DNA of 64,000 bases, from the NCBI GenBank assembly GCA_048128005.1, contig JBEUKZ010000036.1, positions 372,001-436,000 on the forward strand, given 5' to 3'. Shown here piece after piece: positions 50,004-64,000 of this stretch; position 1 is the stretch's first letter, and every line of letters begins with the position of its first letter. Under the pieces are notes generated by a model, which was given only the letters and a program-made list of their open reading frames with translations, searched no databases and was not told where the DNA came from. Position numbers and translations under genes: made by a program. This stretch comes from Veleropilina oligotropha (taxonomy: Eukaryota).

Positions 50004-52191
50004 ATCTTCAATATTATTTATTTATGGTCAGATAACAATGAAATAGTGATATCTAACATATAGAATGATAAAACATGCATATTGTTGCTTATATAACATG
50101 CTTGAGAAACTTTAACCTTTAAGTCCAAAAGCAGCATTTTATGGTGAAATTCGAAGGAGATTACCTTCAATATTATTTATTTAGTGCCATGTAACGATGA
50201 AATAGTGATATCTAGCATATATAAATGTTAAAACATGCATACTGTTAGTTATATAGCATGATTGAGAAACTTTAACCAAAAACTCTGCCAGAAGAATCAA
50301 TTGTTGACGCCGGTAGGCCGGCCGGCCGGATGAACAGCCAGACGACATGCTCATTACACAGACTCGCATTTGCGTTGCATGCGAGCCAATAAAAACGGAA
50401 TATCCAAGATTTCCGGATGCTTCTGGAACAAGTTTTAGCATTCATGAAGGTGTTTTATAATGATGATTGCATTATTACCTTGAACTGTAACTTTGACCCA
50501 CCAAACTGTGCCATGTAGCATAAGGAAACAAAATATAAAATTTCACTTGAATTCACAAAACATATTTTGACTTGTAAATGTAATAATCCCACAAATAAAA
50601 ACTGCTATCCAGAGGATAACTAATACACCCCTCTCCCCGCATCTTATGTATTATACAAACCATCAGAATAGAAATACAGTGAATAGTTGATTAGAAAAAA
50701 TAGACGGACAGACAGACAAATGGACAAACAGACAAACAGGATAATTCCATTGGGTTAGGAGAAATAGACATGCTGTAAAATGAGAAACCATGAACAATCT
50801 CGTAAAAGTAGTCTGTACAAAGATTATGGCTGAAAGTTATAACAGAAACATCAAGGGTCATAACTGAAATGTCAAAGGTCATTCTGCGGAAAATCGCTGC
50901 AGGTGCACAACTATATAATGTACTGATGATTAGAAGTCCCAGACCTGTCAATGCTCCCGGATCTGGCGGAAGGGTCACGATTTCTCATCCCGTAACCCAC
51001 CAACCTGTCAATGGTTCAGATCTGGCGGGATGGTCCCGATTTCAAGTCTTTGTCTTCCAAATAAATTATCACAATCATAGTAGAGAAGCAAACGACTGGA
51101 ACGCAGTTAATTACATTAGGATTATATCCATTGTACTTCTCAGCCTACCTTAGTAATAGTGCTTGTTCATCACAATAGTTTAATGGTTGATCCAAGCCAC
51201 CAAGCTAATTTAGTAATTAGCGCCTTCACGGGTGGACAACGATTTTGGCTAGACTCGAGTAGACATACATATGTTGTCGCCAATCCAAGTAATTTATTAG
51301 CCCATATAAATACTTCAGTTTTATTCTGTACATGTGGTTAATCAAATGATGTATTGCCCGCAAATTGTCAAATGATATCTTATCCCGTAGAATCGGGAAA
51401 ATACTTAAGCTGTTAGTGGTGCTGCACTATACCGGAAGAAGATTCATTAGTAAAATTAACAACGAAATAGCCTGGATATGACCGTACCACGCGGTCGCAG
51501 GATTTGATAAAAGCCTCGCAACTTAAAAAATTGAAATTAAAGAAAGTTTTCTTAAATATCAATTAGTGTATTTAGAAAGAAAGTTTATTTCTTTACGTTC
51601 AAAAGGATATAATTTAAGATTTTGGATGACGACTCCCCAAAACCCACTTCAAAAGTTTCCGTGCGATTAAATGCGTTTTTGCACTGGTCTCGTTTCCAAA
51701 CAAGTTTGCTCGAGAACAAGTTAGTTATTTGTCTGCGACTTGTCAGAAAAGTGTGAACATGTCAAGTGTTTATCCTCGAAATTATGGTATCTATTTGAAG
51801 TACCATATAAGAATTGTCGGAATAAACCGATAGCAAGTAAGTTTAGTTTATTTAGGCCACTGTCAAACCACGTAATGTGTTAACAGTGTCGGTGAACTGT
51901 CAGAATGTTCTGTTCTGTAGGAGAACTTTTTTTCATTGCCATTATGCGTACGCAAGTTAATTAAATTTAGTTTATTCTATACTAATGTAACAATTGTTGC
52001 AACTTGGAACCATTAATGGCTGACGACAACGGCAAATAATATTTGACATTTTTTCTGGCAATTTTGCGTAAATTACGCATTTGAATTAAAATTAATTTAT
52101 TCTATGCATTCTGGAGGTGAACACATGAGCTGGATCTTTAGCAGACGACAACAGGAAACAGTAATTACCAATAATAGTTTATATACATTTA

Positions 52192-52439
<248 letters not shown>

Positions 52440-52499
52440 GTGTGTGTATTCGTGTCGTCAAAGAAATCTCCTTCATTGGCATTTTCAAATGTTGACAGG

Positions 52500-53853
52500 T
52501 CTGAAGTCCAAAGGTCACTATGTCACGGTCAAAGGTCATACCGGGCAAATTTCTCACCATTGCACAACTACATGATGTAGTGATCATGTATGGCAAGTGT
52601 CGATGAAATGTTCCCAGCAGGTTTGGAGAAGTAGTCCGGACAAGTTAAAAACAGACAATGTTTTGAAGTCCAGAGGTCACTATGTCAAGGTCAAACCGGG
52701 ATAATTTGTCGCCGTTGCACAACTACATGATACATTGATCATGTATGCCAAGTGTCGATGAAATATTCCTAGCAGGTTGGGAGGAGTAGTTCGGACAAGT
52801 TAATAACACTATTAACAGACAATTTTTAGAAGTCCGAGGTCACTATGTCAAGGTCAAAGGTCATACCGGGGAAATTTGTGACCGTAGCACAACTACATGA
52901 TGTAGTGATCAAGTAAGCCAAGTATCGATGAAATGTTCCCAGCAGGTTTGGAGAAGTAGTCCAGACAAGTTAAAAACAGACTATGTTTTGAAGTCCAGAG
53001 GTCACTATGTCAAGGTCAAAGGTCATAACAGGATAATTTGTCGCAGTTGCACAACTACAGGATGCATTGATCATGTATGCCAAGTGTCTATGAAATATTC
53101 CCAGCAGGTTGGGAGGAGTAGTCCAGACAAGTTAATAACAGACAATGGTTAGGAGTCCAGAGGTCACTATGTCAAGGTCAAAGGTTATACTGGAAGAATT
53201 AGTTGTCGTTGCACAATTACCTGATGTAGTGATCATGTATGCCAAGTGTCGATGAAATATTCCTAGCAGGTTGGGAGGAGTGGTCCGGACAAGTTAATAA
53301 CACTATTAACAGACAATGTTTAGAAGTCCAGAGGTCACTATGTCAAGGTCAAAGGTCATACCAAGGAAATTTGTGACCGTAGCACAACTACATGATGTAG
53401 TGATCAAGCATGCCAAGTATCGATGAAATATTCCCAGCAGGTTGGCAGGAGTAGTCCGGACAAGTTAATAACAGACAATGTTTAGAAGTCCAGAGGTCAC
53501 TATGTAAAGGTCAAAGGTCATATCGGGAAAATTTTCCACCGTTGCACAACTACATGATGTAGTGATCATGTATGCCAAGTTTCGATTGAAATATTCCACG
53601 CAGGTTGGCTGGTTGGGAGGAGTAGTCTGGACAAGTTAATAACAAACAATGTTTATAAGTCCAGAGGTCGCTACGACAAGGTCAAAGGTCATACCGGGAA
53701 AATTTGTCTCGGGTAACAACTACATGATGTAGTGATCATGTATGTCAAGTTTCGATGAATTCTGCTCAGCAGGTTGGGAGGATAGTCCGGACAGACAGAC
53801 AGACAGAGTGATTCCAATATACCCCCCCTAACTTCGTTACGGGGGGTATAAAA
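52500..53853 (-). mobile_element. Helentron/DINE-1-like element with ~165-175-bp tandem repeats
   Basis: About 8 units containing gtcaaggtcaaaggtca, (gaca)n, terminal hairpin tatacccccc-taacttcgttac-ggggggtata. Confidence 0.75.
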
Positions 53854-54272
53854 ACCACCTGCCTCAGAAAGGATAAAGCTGCATGCAAAATTAACTGATT
53901 ACAGCCTTGATTTTAAATTAAGGTCAAATTTATTATTAGACCTAGATCATTAACTATTAAAGACAGATAATATTATTTGATTTATAAATGTTTATATACA
54001 GCTACTCATTAAGATTAGTCTAAGAGTGCTTACCTGAAAAAGTTCATGTAACCTTTCACCCTATTCCATTAATTATGAAATAAATATGCTTACTATACTA
54101 TTAAATAAAACTGCCAGATTTAAGACAAAGAAAATAGGTTGTTATTAAAATTAAACAGCATTTAAGTGTAAAGCATAAATATATATTTAAAAGTAATTTG
54201 TATCTAAAATTCAAGTAACTTTTTAACTCATTATATCCTTTAAAGAATAAACATGTTTAATATATTATTGTT

Positions 54273-54405
54273 AAAACAAGTGCTATCGATATAGCGGTAT
54301 CCCACTCGGTAAAGCATTTTGTCAATGTATATGCAAGAAATAGATTTAGTACAATGTTTTGATGGTATGGAGATTTTTGATTGAAATTGGTCTTTAATCC
54401 CTAGA

Positions 54406-54442
<37 letters not shown>

Positions 54443-55628
54443 CTCACTGAGGAGCTAAGTCCCCGATCTATCATCCAGCATATACATGTATAAAATATAT
54501 CTTGAGCAGCACACATGCACTAATTGAATAACTTTGTCCAAACTTGCAAATGTAACACATTATTTGTGTTAAATTAATCAAAATTTCAAAATACACAAAT
54601 TTAACAGTTTTGTGTTAAAATGAATGCAACATCACTGCCAGAGCAGCGTGTAGCATCACAGTGTCAACCCATATGCACTCACTGAAAAAAAATTAACCAG
54701 AAACTTTAAATAAAATTTCACAGAATATTTAAATTAAATTATAATCAATATAACTGTAACAATAGCAGGTAACAACTACAAAGCATACACCAATGCATAT
54801 GCTTGCAACAACATGTCTTGATCAATCAATATGCGGTAATTGAATAACTTAAACCGAAAATGTTTTCTAAAAAACATTTTATTTAATTTTAAATTTTATT
54901 AAATATCACTTCCAGAATAGCAGGTAGTATCAATATGACCAACACCAAAATATATGCTTTAACAAAGTGCTTTACTAAACCTATATGCAATAATCGAAAA
55001 ACTTTAACCTAAAAAATGTAACTAAAACTTTTATATAAAAAACATCAATTTCACAAATTATTTATATTAAATTTTGTTCAATATCACTGCTAGGCTAGCA
55101 GCTAACATCAATATAGCCAGCAACAAAGCATAAGTGTACAAAAAAGTGCAATGAGCATTGTATAAGCACTCTTTGAAAAACTTTAACCGAAAATTTTTAA
55201 GTAAATTTCTATGTCCCAAAACACCAATTTCATGCATTATTTATATAAAATGATAATGTAAATCAATGCCAGAGTATCAGGTCACATCCATATAACCATT
55301 ACTAAAGGTTGTATATGCCGAAATGTTCCTTGAGCAATTGATATACACTCAGAGAAAAACTTTAACCAAATACCTTAACCGAAAAATGTCTATGTTCAGT
55401 GCTTTTTTTCACAAAATAAAAAAAAAATCTTTTCATTTTTGGTTCCAACTAAAGGCTAAACATGTCTACTTTCCATCTAAATAGGTTTGATTGAGTTATT
55501 CATCCATTAAATGCATGTAATACCTAATCCAAAAACATTAACCAAAAGTGTGACTGGACGGACGGATGGAGGCTATCTCTATATCCCCCTTCGGCTTTTT
55601 CCTTCGGAAGCCGCAGGGGATAATAAAA
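54273..55628 (-). mobile_element. Helentron/DINE-1-like element
   Basis: aaacaag plus hairpin gctatcgatatagc, degenerate ~180-bp repeats related to 3305-4165, (ggac)n, terminal hairpin tatcccc...ggggata. Confidence 0.65.
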
Positions 55629-56327
55629 TAGTATTAAGTGAAAAGCATAAAATTTAATATATATTTTAAAGGATTTGTGAACCAAAACTCATAATATGCG
55701 AAATTTCACTATACGGTATAATTATTCCTATCATATTATTTGTTGTGTTAGTCTGTGTTTGTTGTAACCTGACCTGGCGAAATAATCAATCAGCTCGAGT
55801 ATAGTCATATTTTCAGGCCAGGGGTCGAATTTTACGTCACAATGGACAGGCCACTCGGAATCTTTTCAATTCGATGGCAACATCATTGTCCGCAAATTGG
55901 TTACTCAACAGGAACAATAGCATTACGACTAGTGTGTCGTCACCTAATAAGTGTTTGGGAAATTTCGGGGTGACTTGCTGAGGATCTTTTGTATCCATGT
56001 TTTGATAATCTAAATCATGGCGCTACTAATAAGAGAATAAATAAATATACGATAGCATTATTATCAGCCAGAATATATTATGTGTTCACAAATCCTTTAA
56101 TCCATTTTATATCCATGTTATAAAGGTAGGTTATCCATACTGGTTATATGATATAAAGGTTGGTTATCCATACTGGTTATATGTTATAAAGGTAGGTTAT
56201 CCATACTGGTTATATGTTAAATAGCCAACCCCTCATACTTGTCCACTCATTATGTTATCAGTGGAGTGATTTCTGTAAGAGAATGGAAACCATACCTGTC
56301 ACCTTCTCGCGAATGGCTGTATCTAAA

Positions 56328-59300
56328 ATGAGGTTTTAATGTAAACCTAATATTAGTTAAAATATACTTACATCCTTACTCTTGCCATAATAGTCATATT
56401 ATCACTACCCGGAAACAGTGAAAATGGTCACATTTATGCACTATTAAGTCAAAAACACACTACGAGTACCTCCCCTGCTCCCCCTCTCTTAATGTTCCTC
56501 AAGACGAGAGTTCGTCAAATCTCGCGAGATGTCCGAGATCAAGGCTTCAGACCTCATTCAAAGTTTAGGAGCAAAATGAACTTAGCAGGAGGGGAGGAAT
56601 GCGGAATCGCAGGGTGGTTAATCGTAGTAAGGATGTAAGTATATTTTATAACTAATATTAGGTTTACATTAAAACCTCATATTAGTCACAAATATACTTA
56701 CGTCCTTACTCTTGCCAGAATAACCTTGGATTATAGGTGGGTTAAGTTCCTTACAACAAAACCCGAAACAAGATTATGACTTACTTTTCACCATGTCAAT
56801 CAGCTTGTAGCGTCGATTGTGTCCACCCAGAGTGGAATTTACTGAGTATTATATTCTACTCCTACCTCGCGAGAATTTCGACAAGTGAAACCAGGAAATA
56901 CGCCAAGGTGTTAGTCGGATAAGGTGAACGGAAGTGCAATCAGCGCCTGGCACGGCCAGAAGGAAATCCTTGTAGGTCTTACATGTCATGGGCCAGTGGC
57001 AGCCAACTGGTACTCCAGGCCATACGCCGGTAGCCAGAGGAAGCAGTCGGTTTTGGAGGCACACAGAACCTAATAGGATGTGAGGACAACAAAATGTAAG
57101 CAAAGTATTAATAGATTAAGCAAATAATAATAATAATAATAAATATTAATAAGTAATTCGCATGACCAACTTGCGAAATGCTAACATGAGGACATGTTAC
57201 TTATTTTTTATTTTTTTCAATGTCTTGAACATCGTATGTTCCATAACAACATAGAACATCATTAATATTGAACCTTCAAATCTTTTAAGATTTTGCAATA
57301 TGCATGTTTATTAAATTCAATGTGAACTGGCTTGTCAAGTACTCAGATATGACATAAAAGTATCAAGATCTTAAAATGTTTATAAGAAATGAACATCCAT
57401 TGAATAGCCTCAGAACGTGTTTACAAATTAACACATTAGTCACAACAAAAATATTGCTTCAGCACGAAGTATTTAATTGATAAATCAAGAAACAATACTC
57501 ACTGATTAGACAACCTTTGTCTAACAATACATCGTTGAGCGGTACGCATTGCAAACCACTCAACCCGTCAGCCCCAGTGGAATAATCCCGCAGGTAATGC
57601 TTTATAAACACATTTGGACTCTTCCAGTAACCTGCTTGCAGTAACGCCGATATGTTTAATCTGTGACGAAAGGCGATTGAAATAACAATTGCACGAACCT
57701 CGTGTGCGCGGACCGATACCACAGTGCAGTCTACTTTCTCACAGCGAGAGTACACATCTCTCACCACCTGTTAATTCCACCGCGAGACAGTCTTCTTCGT
57801 AATGTCGCGGGTAAAGGAAGTTAAATACGAAATAAAGAGATGTACTTTTCCATGCCGCATATCATGGGTCCTGTCGAGATAGTAACGTAAGGCACGCACA
57901 GGCCAGTTTAAGCGATCAACATCGTGTCTTCCGACCAACGATAGCTTGGGAATCATGATATCGGGGGCGTCGTTCGGCCATTGATTCTTGGCTAGGAAGC
58001 CTAGTATAGGACGCAGCATCACCGACCTGTCTGACTGGAAACGAACGTCTCGTAGCTCTGCCGATAGACTATGAATTTCAGAACAACGCCTGCCCGACGA
58101 TAAGGGGATCAGAAACACCGTTTTTGTGTTAAATTTCTCACGGAAGACAAACACAACGGCTCGTAAAGAGCGGTAAATAGAGCATTAAGTACGAGAACGA
58201 TATGTTCCAGGCTGGCGGTAGCACCGTGTGGGGGTCGGTCTCGAGTTCGTAGGAGCGGATAAAGTCCGAAATCGTTCGGTCGCTAGATAGGCTAACGCGG
58301 GCATGACAATGTTTAAGCGTGGTTGCGATCGTAGCCCGATAACCTTTAACGGCGGAAACTGACATTCCTCGTTCGAAGAGCGACGAAATAAACTTGATAA
58401 ATGCGCTCACAGGGGGCGGAGAATATTAACCTGCCGGCTGTGACACCAATCCACGTATTATTTTTTTTTCCATTGGTAGTCGTAGACCTTAGACGTGGCA
58501 AGCCTTCTCGATCGGTAGATGCGTAGGGCTGTCGCGCGAGAAAATCCTTTCTTAGCGAGCGATCGTTCGATAACCGCCAAGCATGTAAACGTAAGTCGTT
58601 CGATGACGGGTGTAACGCATGGGAGCGTGATTGCATTAACAGGTCTGGTCTCTGCGGTAACGCTAACGGTCGATTGACGATCAGATCGAGAAGTGTCAGA
58701 AACCAATGTTGCGTGCGATATAGGGGCGCGATTAGCGTTATCTCGCAACGTTCCTTCGATGCCTTCTGTAGTACAAGAGACAGGATGTACGACGGAGTTC
58801 AATCACAGACTACCTCTGTCTCCCCGGATCCGGCCGCCCTAGCGGTCGACGCGCTGTCAATGACATGGGAGAATCTGTCCGCGTATGTCCGCCCTAGCGG
58901 TCGACGCACTGTCAATGACATGGGAGAATCTGTCCGTGTATGCGGACAGATTCTCCCATGTCATTGACAGCGCGTCGACCGCTAGGGCGGCCGGATCCGG
59001 GGAGACAGAGGTAGTCGGTGATTGAACTCTGTTGCAAACAGATCGACTTGGGGTTGCGACCACCTGTGGCAAACTTCCCGTGCTACTCGGCTGTTTAGCG
59101 TCCACTCTGTGTGTATTATCTGTGATTTCCGAGAGAGCTAGTCTGCTCTGATGTTCAGCTTTCCCAGGATGTGTCTTGCTCGTATCATCGAGTCGAAGGA
59201 CATCACTAGGCGGTGTAGGTCGATTGCCCGGTCACAAAGGGGACGCGAGCGAGTGCCGCCCTGGTGTTGAACGTATGCAACGACAGTCGTGTTGTCCATG

Positions 59301-62300
59301 GCGAGCATTACATGCTTGTTGCGGAGATGTGACGAGAGGGACCATACTGTCAGGTAGACCGCTTCTAACTCTAGGTAGTTTATGTGTCGTCCCTGCTGGT
59401 CCGATGTCTTGTAACTGTCAAGGTGACCACCCCAGCCCTCGTTCGAAGTGTCTGTGAATAGGTAGGCGTTCGGCTCTGGCGGGGATATGGGAACCGACTG
59501 GCTCGGCAAGGCGGGTTCAGCCACACTGCTGTCGTGCGAGTAAACCACTGCCGTATATCGATTCGATCCGTTCACTGTCCCATCCGTTGTAGCCAGCGGT
59601 CTCTGAAGGCCTGCTGTAACGGTCGTTTGTCCATATGCCCTAGGACAGTGGCCAGTTGTCGCGCTGTAGTTATCTCCGATGACAGCGTGTCTAGAATAAC
59701 CGTGCATAGGTTCCCTATATGCTTCTGGGTCGGCTTCGCGGTGTACCGGACCGTGTCGAAGTTGACTCCGAGGAACGTAAACGTCGTCGATGGTATGAAG
59801 CAGGATTTTGTCTCGTTGATCTGAAATCCCAGGCGCTTCGCCGATGACAGGGTAAAGCTCGTAGACCAATGGCATTGATCCCGAGACGCCCCGAGAATCA
59901 ACCAGTTGTCGAGATACATATGAACCGTGCCCGAGAGAGTGTAGGAAGGCTCCGAGGGCCTGTACTGTTCTCATAAAGACGTACGGGGCTGACGATAGAC
60001 CGAACGGTAGGCACCTGAATTGGTAGACCGTCTCCCCGTGTATAAACCGAAGGTAGTGATGAGCCGTGATATGCATCGGGACATGCAGATACGCATCGGT
60101 CAAATCTATAGACGCTGCCCAGTCGCCCGCTTGTATCTTCGAGAGGGTTTCTTGCTGGAATTTCTCGGTGCGAAGATATTGGTTGAGATACGAGAGATCG
60201 AGAAACGGTCGCCAGCGGCCATCGGGTTTCGGGACCAGGAAGAAATGGCTGTAATATCCTGGTGTAAGTAAGTCCTGCACTGCCTGGTCTAAGACCGCGT
60301 GTTTATCCCCTTGAAGGGGGCGAGCGCGGCTTGGTGGTGGTGTCTCGGCTAGGGTCGGTTGCCGGTTGAATGCCAACTTGTATTCAACTCTCACGACTGA
60401 GTGGCCCAGCTGCTGTCCGTTAGCTGTAGCCACGTCGGGCTGTATGCTGACAGACACGCTCCCACCGGCGGAAGCGGGCAGCTGGGCCGTCGCAAGTGCC
60501 AGCAGCCCTAGGGCCTAGATGGCTTCCCTCTCCCGCTCTGACGGGATCTAACTGGAGGTGCCTGTTTCTTCTGTGTGGGTCTGGCACGAGGGTCTGGCAC
60601 GCTTGGAAGGTTTCTGGGCCCGATCGAGGAAGGGGAGGGCCCGAACGCTTCCTCGAGTCGGTGGGTGGACCCCGGGTGGGGTTCATACCGCCTTCTCGAT
60701 GGCACGGTCCTTCAGGTCCGCCGCGATCTTGTCGACGAATTCAGAGAATTGGTCTCCAAAGAGAGTGGTGGCCGAGCAAGGCACGCATCGCAATGAGAGT
60801 CGGGTGGCCTCATCTAGCGAGGTGCCTTCCAAGCAAGCATCCCAGCGCGTTGGTCTCCATAACGGCAGCAACCTCTTGGATGAACGACAGGGCAGCCTCA
60901 CAGGCGCCGGGTCCGTCCTCCTGTAGTACGGCTATCGCACCATCTAGGAAAAAATCCTGTACGGACGACAGCCGTCGAGCCCGTCGGGCGGAGCTCTCAA
61001 AAGATTCCATGGCGGCCCATGGAACTTTCTCTACAGAGGGAGTCTGACTGGAGGTCAGTCGACGCATCGCTGCATCAACACGAGCCAGGCACGGACCAGT
61101 ACAAGCAAATGGGAACAAACGCGAACTGGCCCGGAGGTACCTCCCACTACGGAAACCCGAAGGGTACTCCGTCAACGGGGAGGACTCCACCGGATTGCGT
61201 CCCTGAATGAGCTTAGTTGTCGAATCGACGACTAGATCAACGAGTCCAGACTGGGGTAGAGAAGGAAGCAGGGGGGCTTCCGTCTCGACAAACCGATGTG
61301 CTGCCGTCCTGTGCTTGGTCGGGCTTACATCCGACCGAGTCGGTTCCAGTAGACCAAGCAACCTGCGAAGCGACGCAACGGCGTCGAACCTTCAGCGGGT
61401 GGTGGAGATCGGCTCCTGCGTGCCTGAGAGACTGACAGCGTCTTCGGGAGGTCGCAGTGAGGCGAGATCCTCGTCGGAACGAGGGTCGACATCCATCGCA
61501 GATGCAGTAGCCGTGATCTGCGCCATGGGCAGAGGTGGGTAGCCGGTTGACAGGCCTTACAGCGGGACTCTAACTCCGCCGCGAACAGTGCCTGGAAGTT
61601 CTCGTAAGAGAAACCCGGAGGCATGATGGGCATCGAACTAACAGCCGGTAGTTCGGTCGAAATCACCGTGGCGCTATGTTGACGGGCAGCACTGACAGGT
61701 GGAGCCGAGTACCAGGGTCTCGGGTCACCTATCGAGCGGTCGCTCCCGAAGAAATGGCCCGTAGGCACATTCAGGGGAACGGTCGACCCGTAGGACTGCG
61801 GCCACAGTCCATACTGGTCTGCCACTCTGTTCGGGAGTGGCACGGTCGGGTCACCGTAGAACCTCTGTCTGAACGCAGCCGGTCCGGCCGCGTTACCTAG
61901 CGTAGCCCCTATGGGTGCACGGGAGGTACCGGCCCCTCTGATAGACTCGTGAGCTCCGAGGTTGAGCAGAAAAACCCAAGGGTTAGTCACGTCGGTCTCG
62001 GACGAGTGATCAGATGTCGCCGATTGTCCGGATCTTAGACCATCGTAATGGCGTCTGGCCTCTTTATCGGCTTTCTTCTTGGATCGCTCACCGCCGCTTG
62101 ACGGTGAGTTTCCCGCAGAAGGACTAACGGTCCACGTATTCTTCGAGGCCGAAGAATAGGATGGGGAAAGTCTGCCCTGTTCAGCGGTTCGCCGCGCTGC
62201 CCGATGTACCTTGCTAGGCGGCAAGATACGGTTGGCTGCGGTTACTAAGCCTGGTCGAGGAGAATCGGACAACTCTCGGGCTCCTACCTTAGTCTGGGGT

Positions 62301-63573
62301 GCCGGCAAGGATTCTGAGACTCCCTCAAGAGTCTCGGAGGTTTTGCCGGTAGATCCGGCGACAGATGGTACCCTTGGTCGGCTGTCGTCCAGCATCCCTG
62401 AAGTAGACAAAGAAACGTTATCCCCTGAATTACCGATTTGTCCCTTTTCCGGGGAGGTCCCACCGTGGTAGCCGCCCTGGTCGGCTTCACTGGCACAATT
62501 CACATTGATATTTCTTAATACAATTTCGGTGAATACGGCATTCCGTGTGCCTATCAAATCCCTGTATCTTCTGGTTACACCCTGAGTTGCTGCACCGGAC
62601 CATAGTTGATTACACGGGAGGATACGGAAGTGGGCGGACGGGGTAAATAGATTGTATATCCTTGGTAGTTGTGATTTACTAGTACTACTACCTTCTTAGA
62701 TTGTATCTTATCTGAAGATTTTAGATCAGGCAATAATAAAGTAATTAACCCCGACTGAGATATCACTGAGGCCGACTTTCATAAAAAAAACGGCAAGTAA
62801 CTATACAGGGGTTTTTTTCTCTGAAAAAAAACGCCCAAGAAAACACCTGAAAACCTCGTGGATGTTTACTATATGTTAGTACAGTGGCGTATTATCCCAG
62901 TAACGGCAGGATATCAGAATAACGTAACGTTGATACCTAAAACCCCCGCCTTTTAACGACGTTAAATTTTAATCAATAAATTACCAGCAAAAAACGTCGT
63001 CAATGAATTATCTAATACAAATGAGTTACCTCTGTAGCTTCAACAATATCAGATAATAATACCGCCAGAAATTTCTTCAGAATAATGTAACGTTCTTTAA
63101 CGAAATTTCCCCTCTGAGCGGTCCTTGTTTCCAACAATTTCACTAATCCACTATCTTCCTTCCCTTTTCGTTGAAAACAGGAGGATAGCAATCAAATCTT
63201 CGATTTCACTGAGGTATTTTCCAAATCTCCGAGGTAAATCCAATCTTATTATAACATGTTCTCCGGGGAGATTGTTATAAATGATATATATAAATCACAA
63301 ATTGAAATATTTTGCGGAGCAAAGAAAAACACAGCTTTCCAAGATGGCGGAAAAACTTTGAATGAGGTCTGAAGCCTTGATCTTGGACATCTCGCGAGAT
63401 TTGACGAACTCTCGTTTTGAGGAACATTAAGTGAGGGGGAGCAGGGGAGGTAATCGTAGTGTGTTTTTGACTTTTTTAATAGTGCATAATGTGACCATTT
63501 TCACTGTTTCCGGTAAGCGATAATATGACTATTATGGCAAGAGTAAGGACGTAAGTATATTTGTGACTAATAT
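56328..63573 (-). mobile_element. DIRS1-like retrotransposon, decayed (copy 2, related subfamily)
   Basis: Imperfect ITRs (about 56365-56567 and 63353-63560), ICR 56625-56718, and fragmented gag/RT/RH/YR homologous to copy 1. Confidence 0.95.
57510..62603 (-). pseudogene. Frameshifted gag, pol and YR of DIRS copy 2
   Basis: ORF fragments match copy 1 (FFLVPKPDG, SIDLTDAY, YLDN replacing YLDD, AHEVR, KHYLR) with many indels and an internal inversion. Confidence 0.92.
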
Positions 63574-64000
63574 ACACTGTGCATATTTAAACATAGTCAG
63601 AGAAAGGACATTGTGCGAATGGTTTTGATTGGCATCTATTTCCGGTTTCACGGCATTCAACAAGTGTTCAGTCATATGTGGTTGGAACCTCAGACCAATG
63701 TCTCCGACTATTGTCTCCACTTGAAAGGCAGTATCAAGATTTTAAGCCGTGCTGTCCATTTGTGTTACGACGCTCTGCCTGTTGAGCTATTTGGTATGGT
63801 CATTGCATGAATCCACAGTGGATTGTATTAAATTGTACCATTATTTGGAAAAATAAACTGATTGATTGATTGAATGATACAATTATAAAGTAAAAGTAGC
63901 CTTAGAGAGAGATTCATGCAATGAATGAAATATACATGTCTCAAAATGACCCTGGACAACAAAAACTCTTATTCGTATAAATTCATATTTTTAAATGCTT

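Noticed and set aside
54025..56325. Donor-like sites (cttacctg at about 54029, catacctg at 56291) as possible upstream AASS exons
   Set aside because: Adjacent translations show no resemblance to the LKR domain or linker.

Overview
AT-rich animal genomic DNA; a marine invertebrate such as a mollusc is inferred from the repeat families. The minus strand carries the 3' part of an alpha-aminoadipic semialdehyde synthase (AASS, LKR/SDH) gene: 12 GT-AG exons from 45233 down to the stop at 6654, encoding the saccharopine dehydrogenase half. The upstream LKR exons were not found in the window. Two related DIRS1-like tyrosine-recombinase retrotransposons lie in the same orientation as the gene. One is near-intact (12490-19989, identical ITRs, ICR, gag, RT/RH/MT, YR) and one is decayed (56328-63573). 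The introns also hold Helentron/DINE-1-like non-autonomous elements, tRNA-derived SINEs with TSDs, TTAA MITEs and several kb-scale minisatellites; a Helitron and an L2/CR1-type LINE fragment lie 3' of the gene. Comparing the two DIRS copies gives the most interesting signals: a conserved CCC-TAG-G gag stop that could act as a termination / +1 frameshift / readthrough switch, and conserved non-coding regions with compensatory base pairs. A 4.3-kb minisatellite also appears to have arisen at the terminal hairpin of a Helentron-like element.
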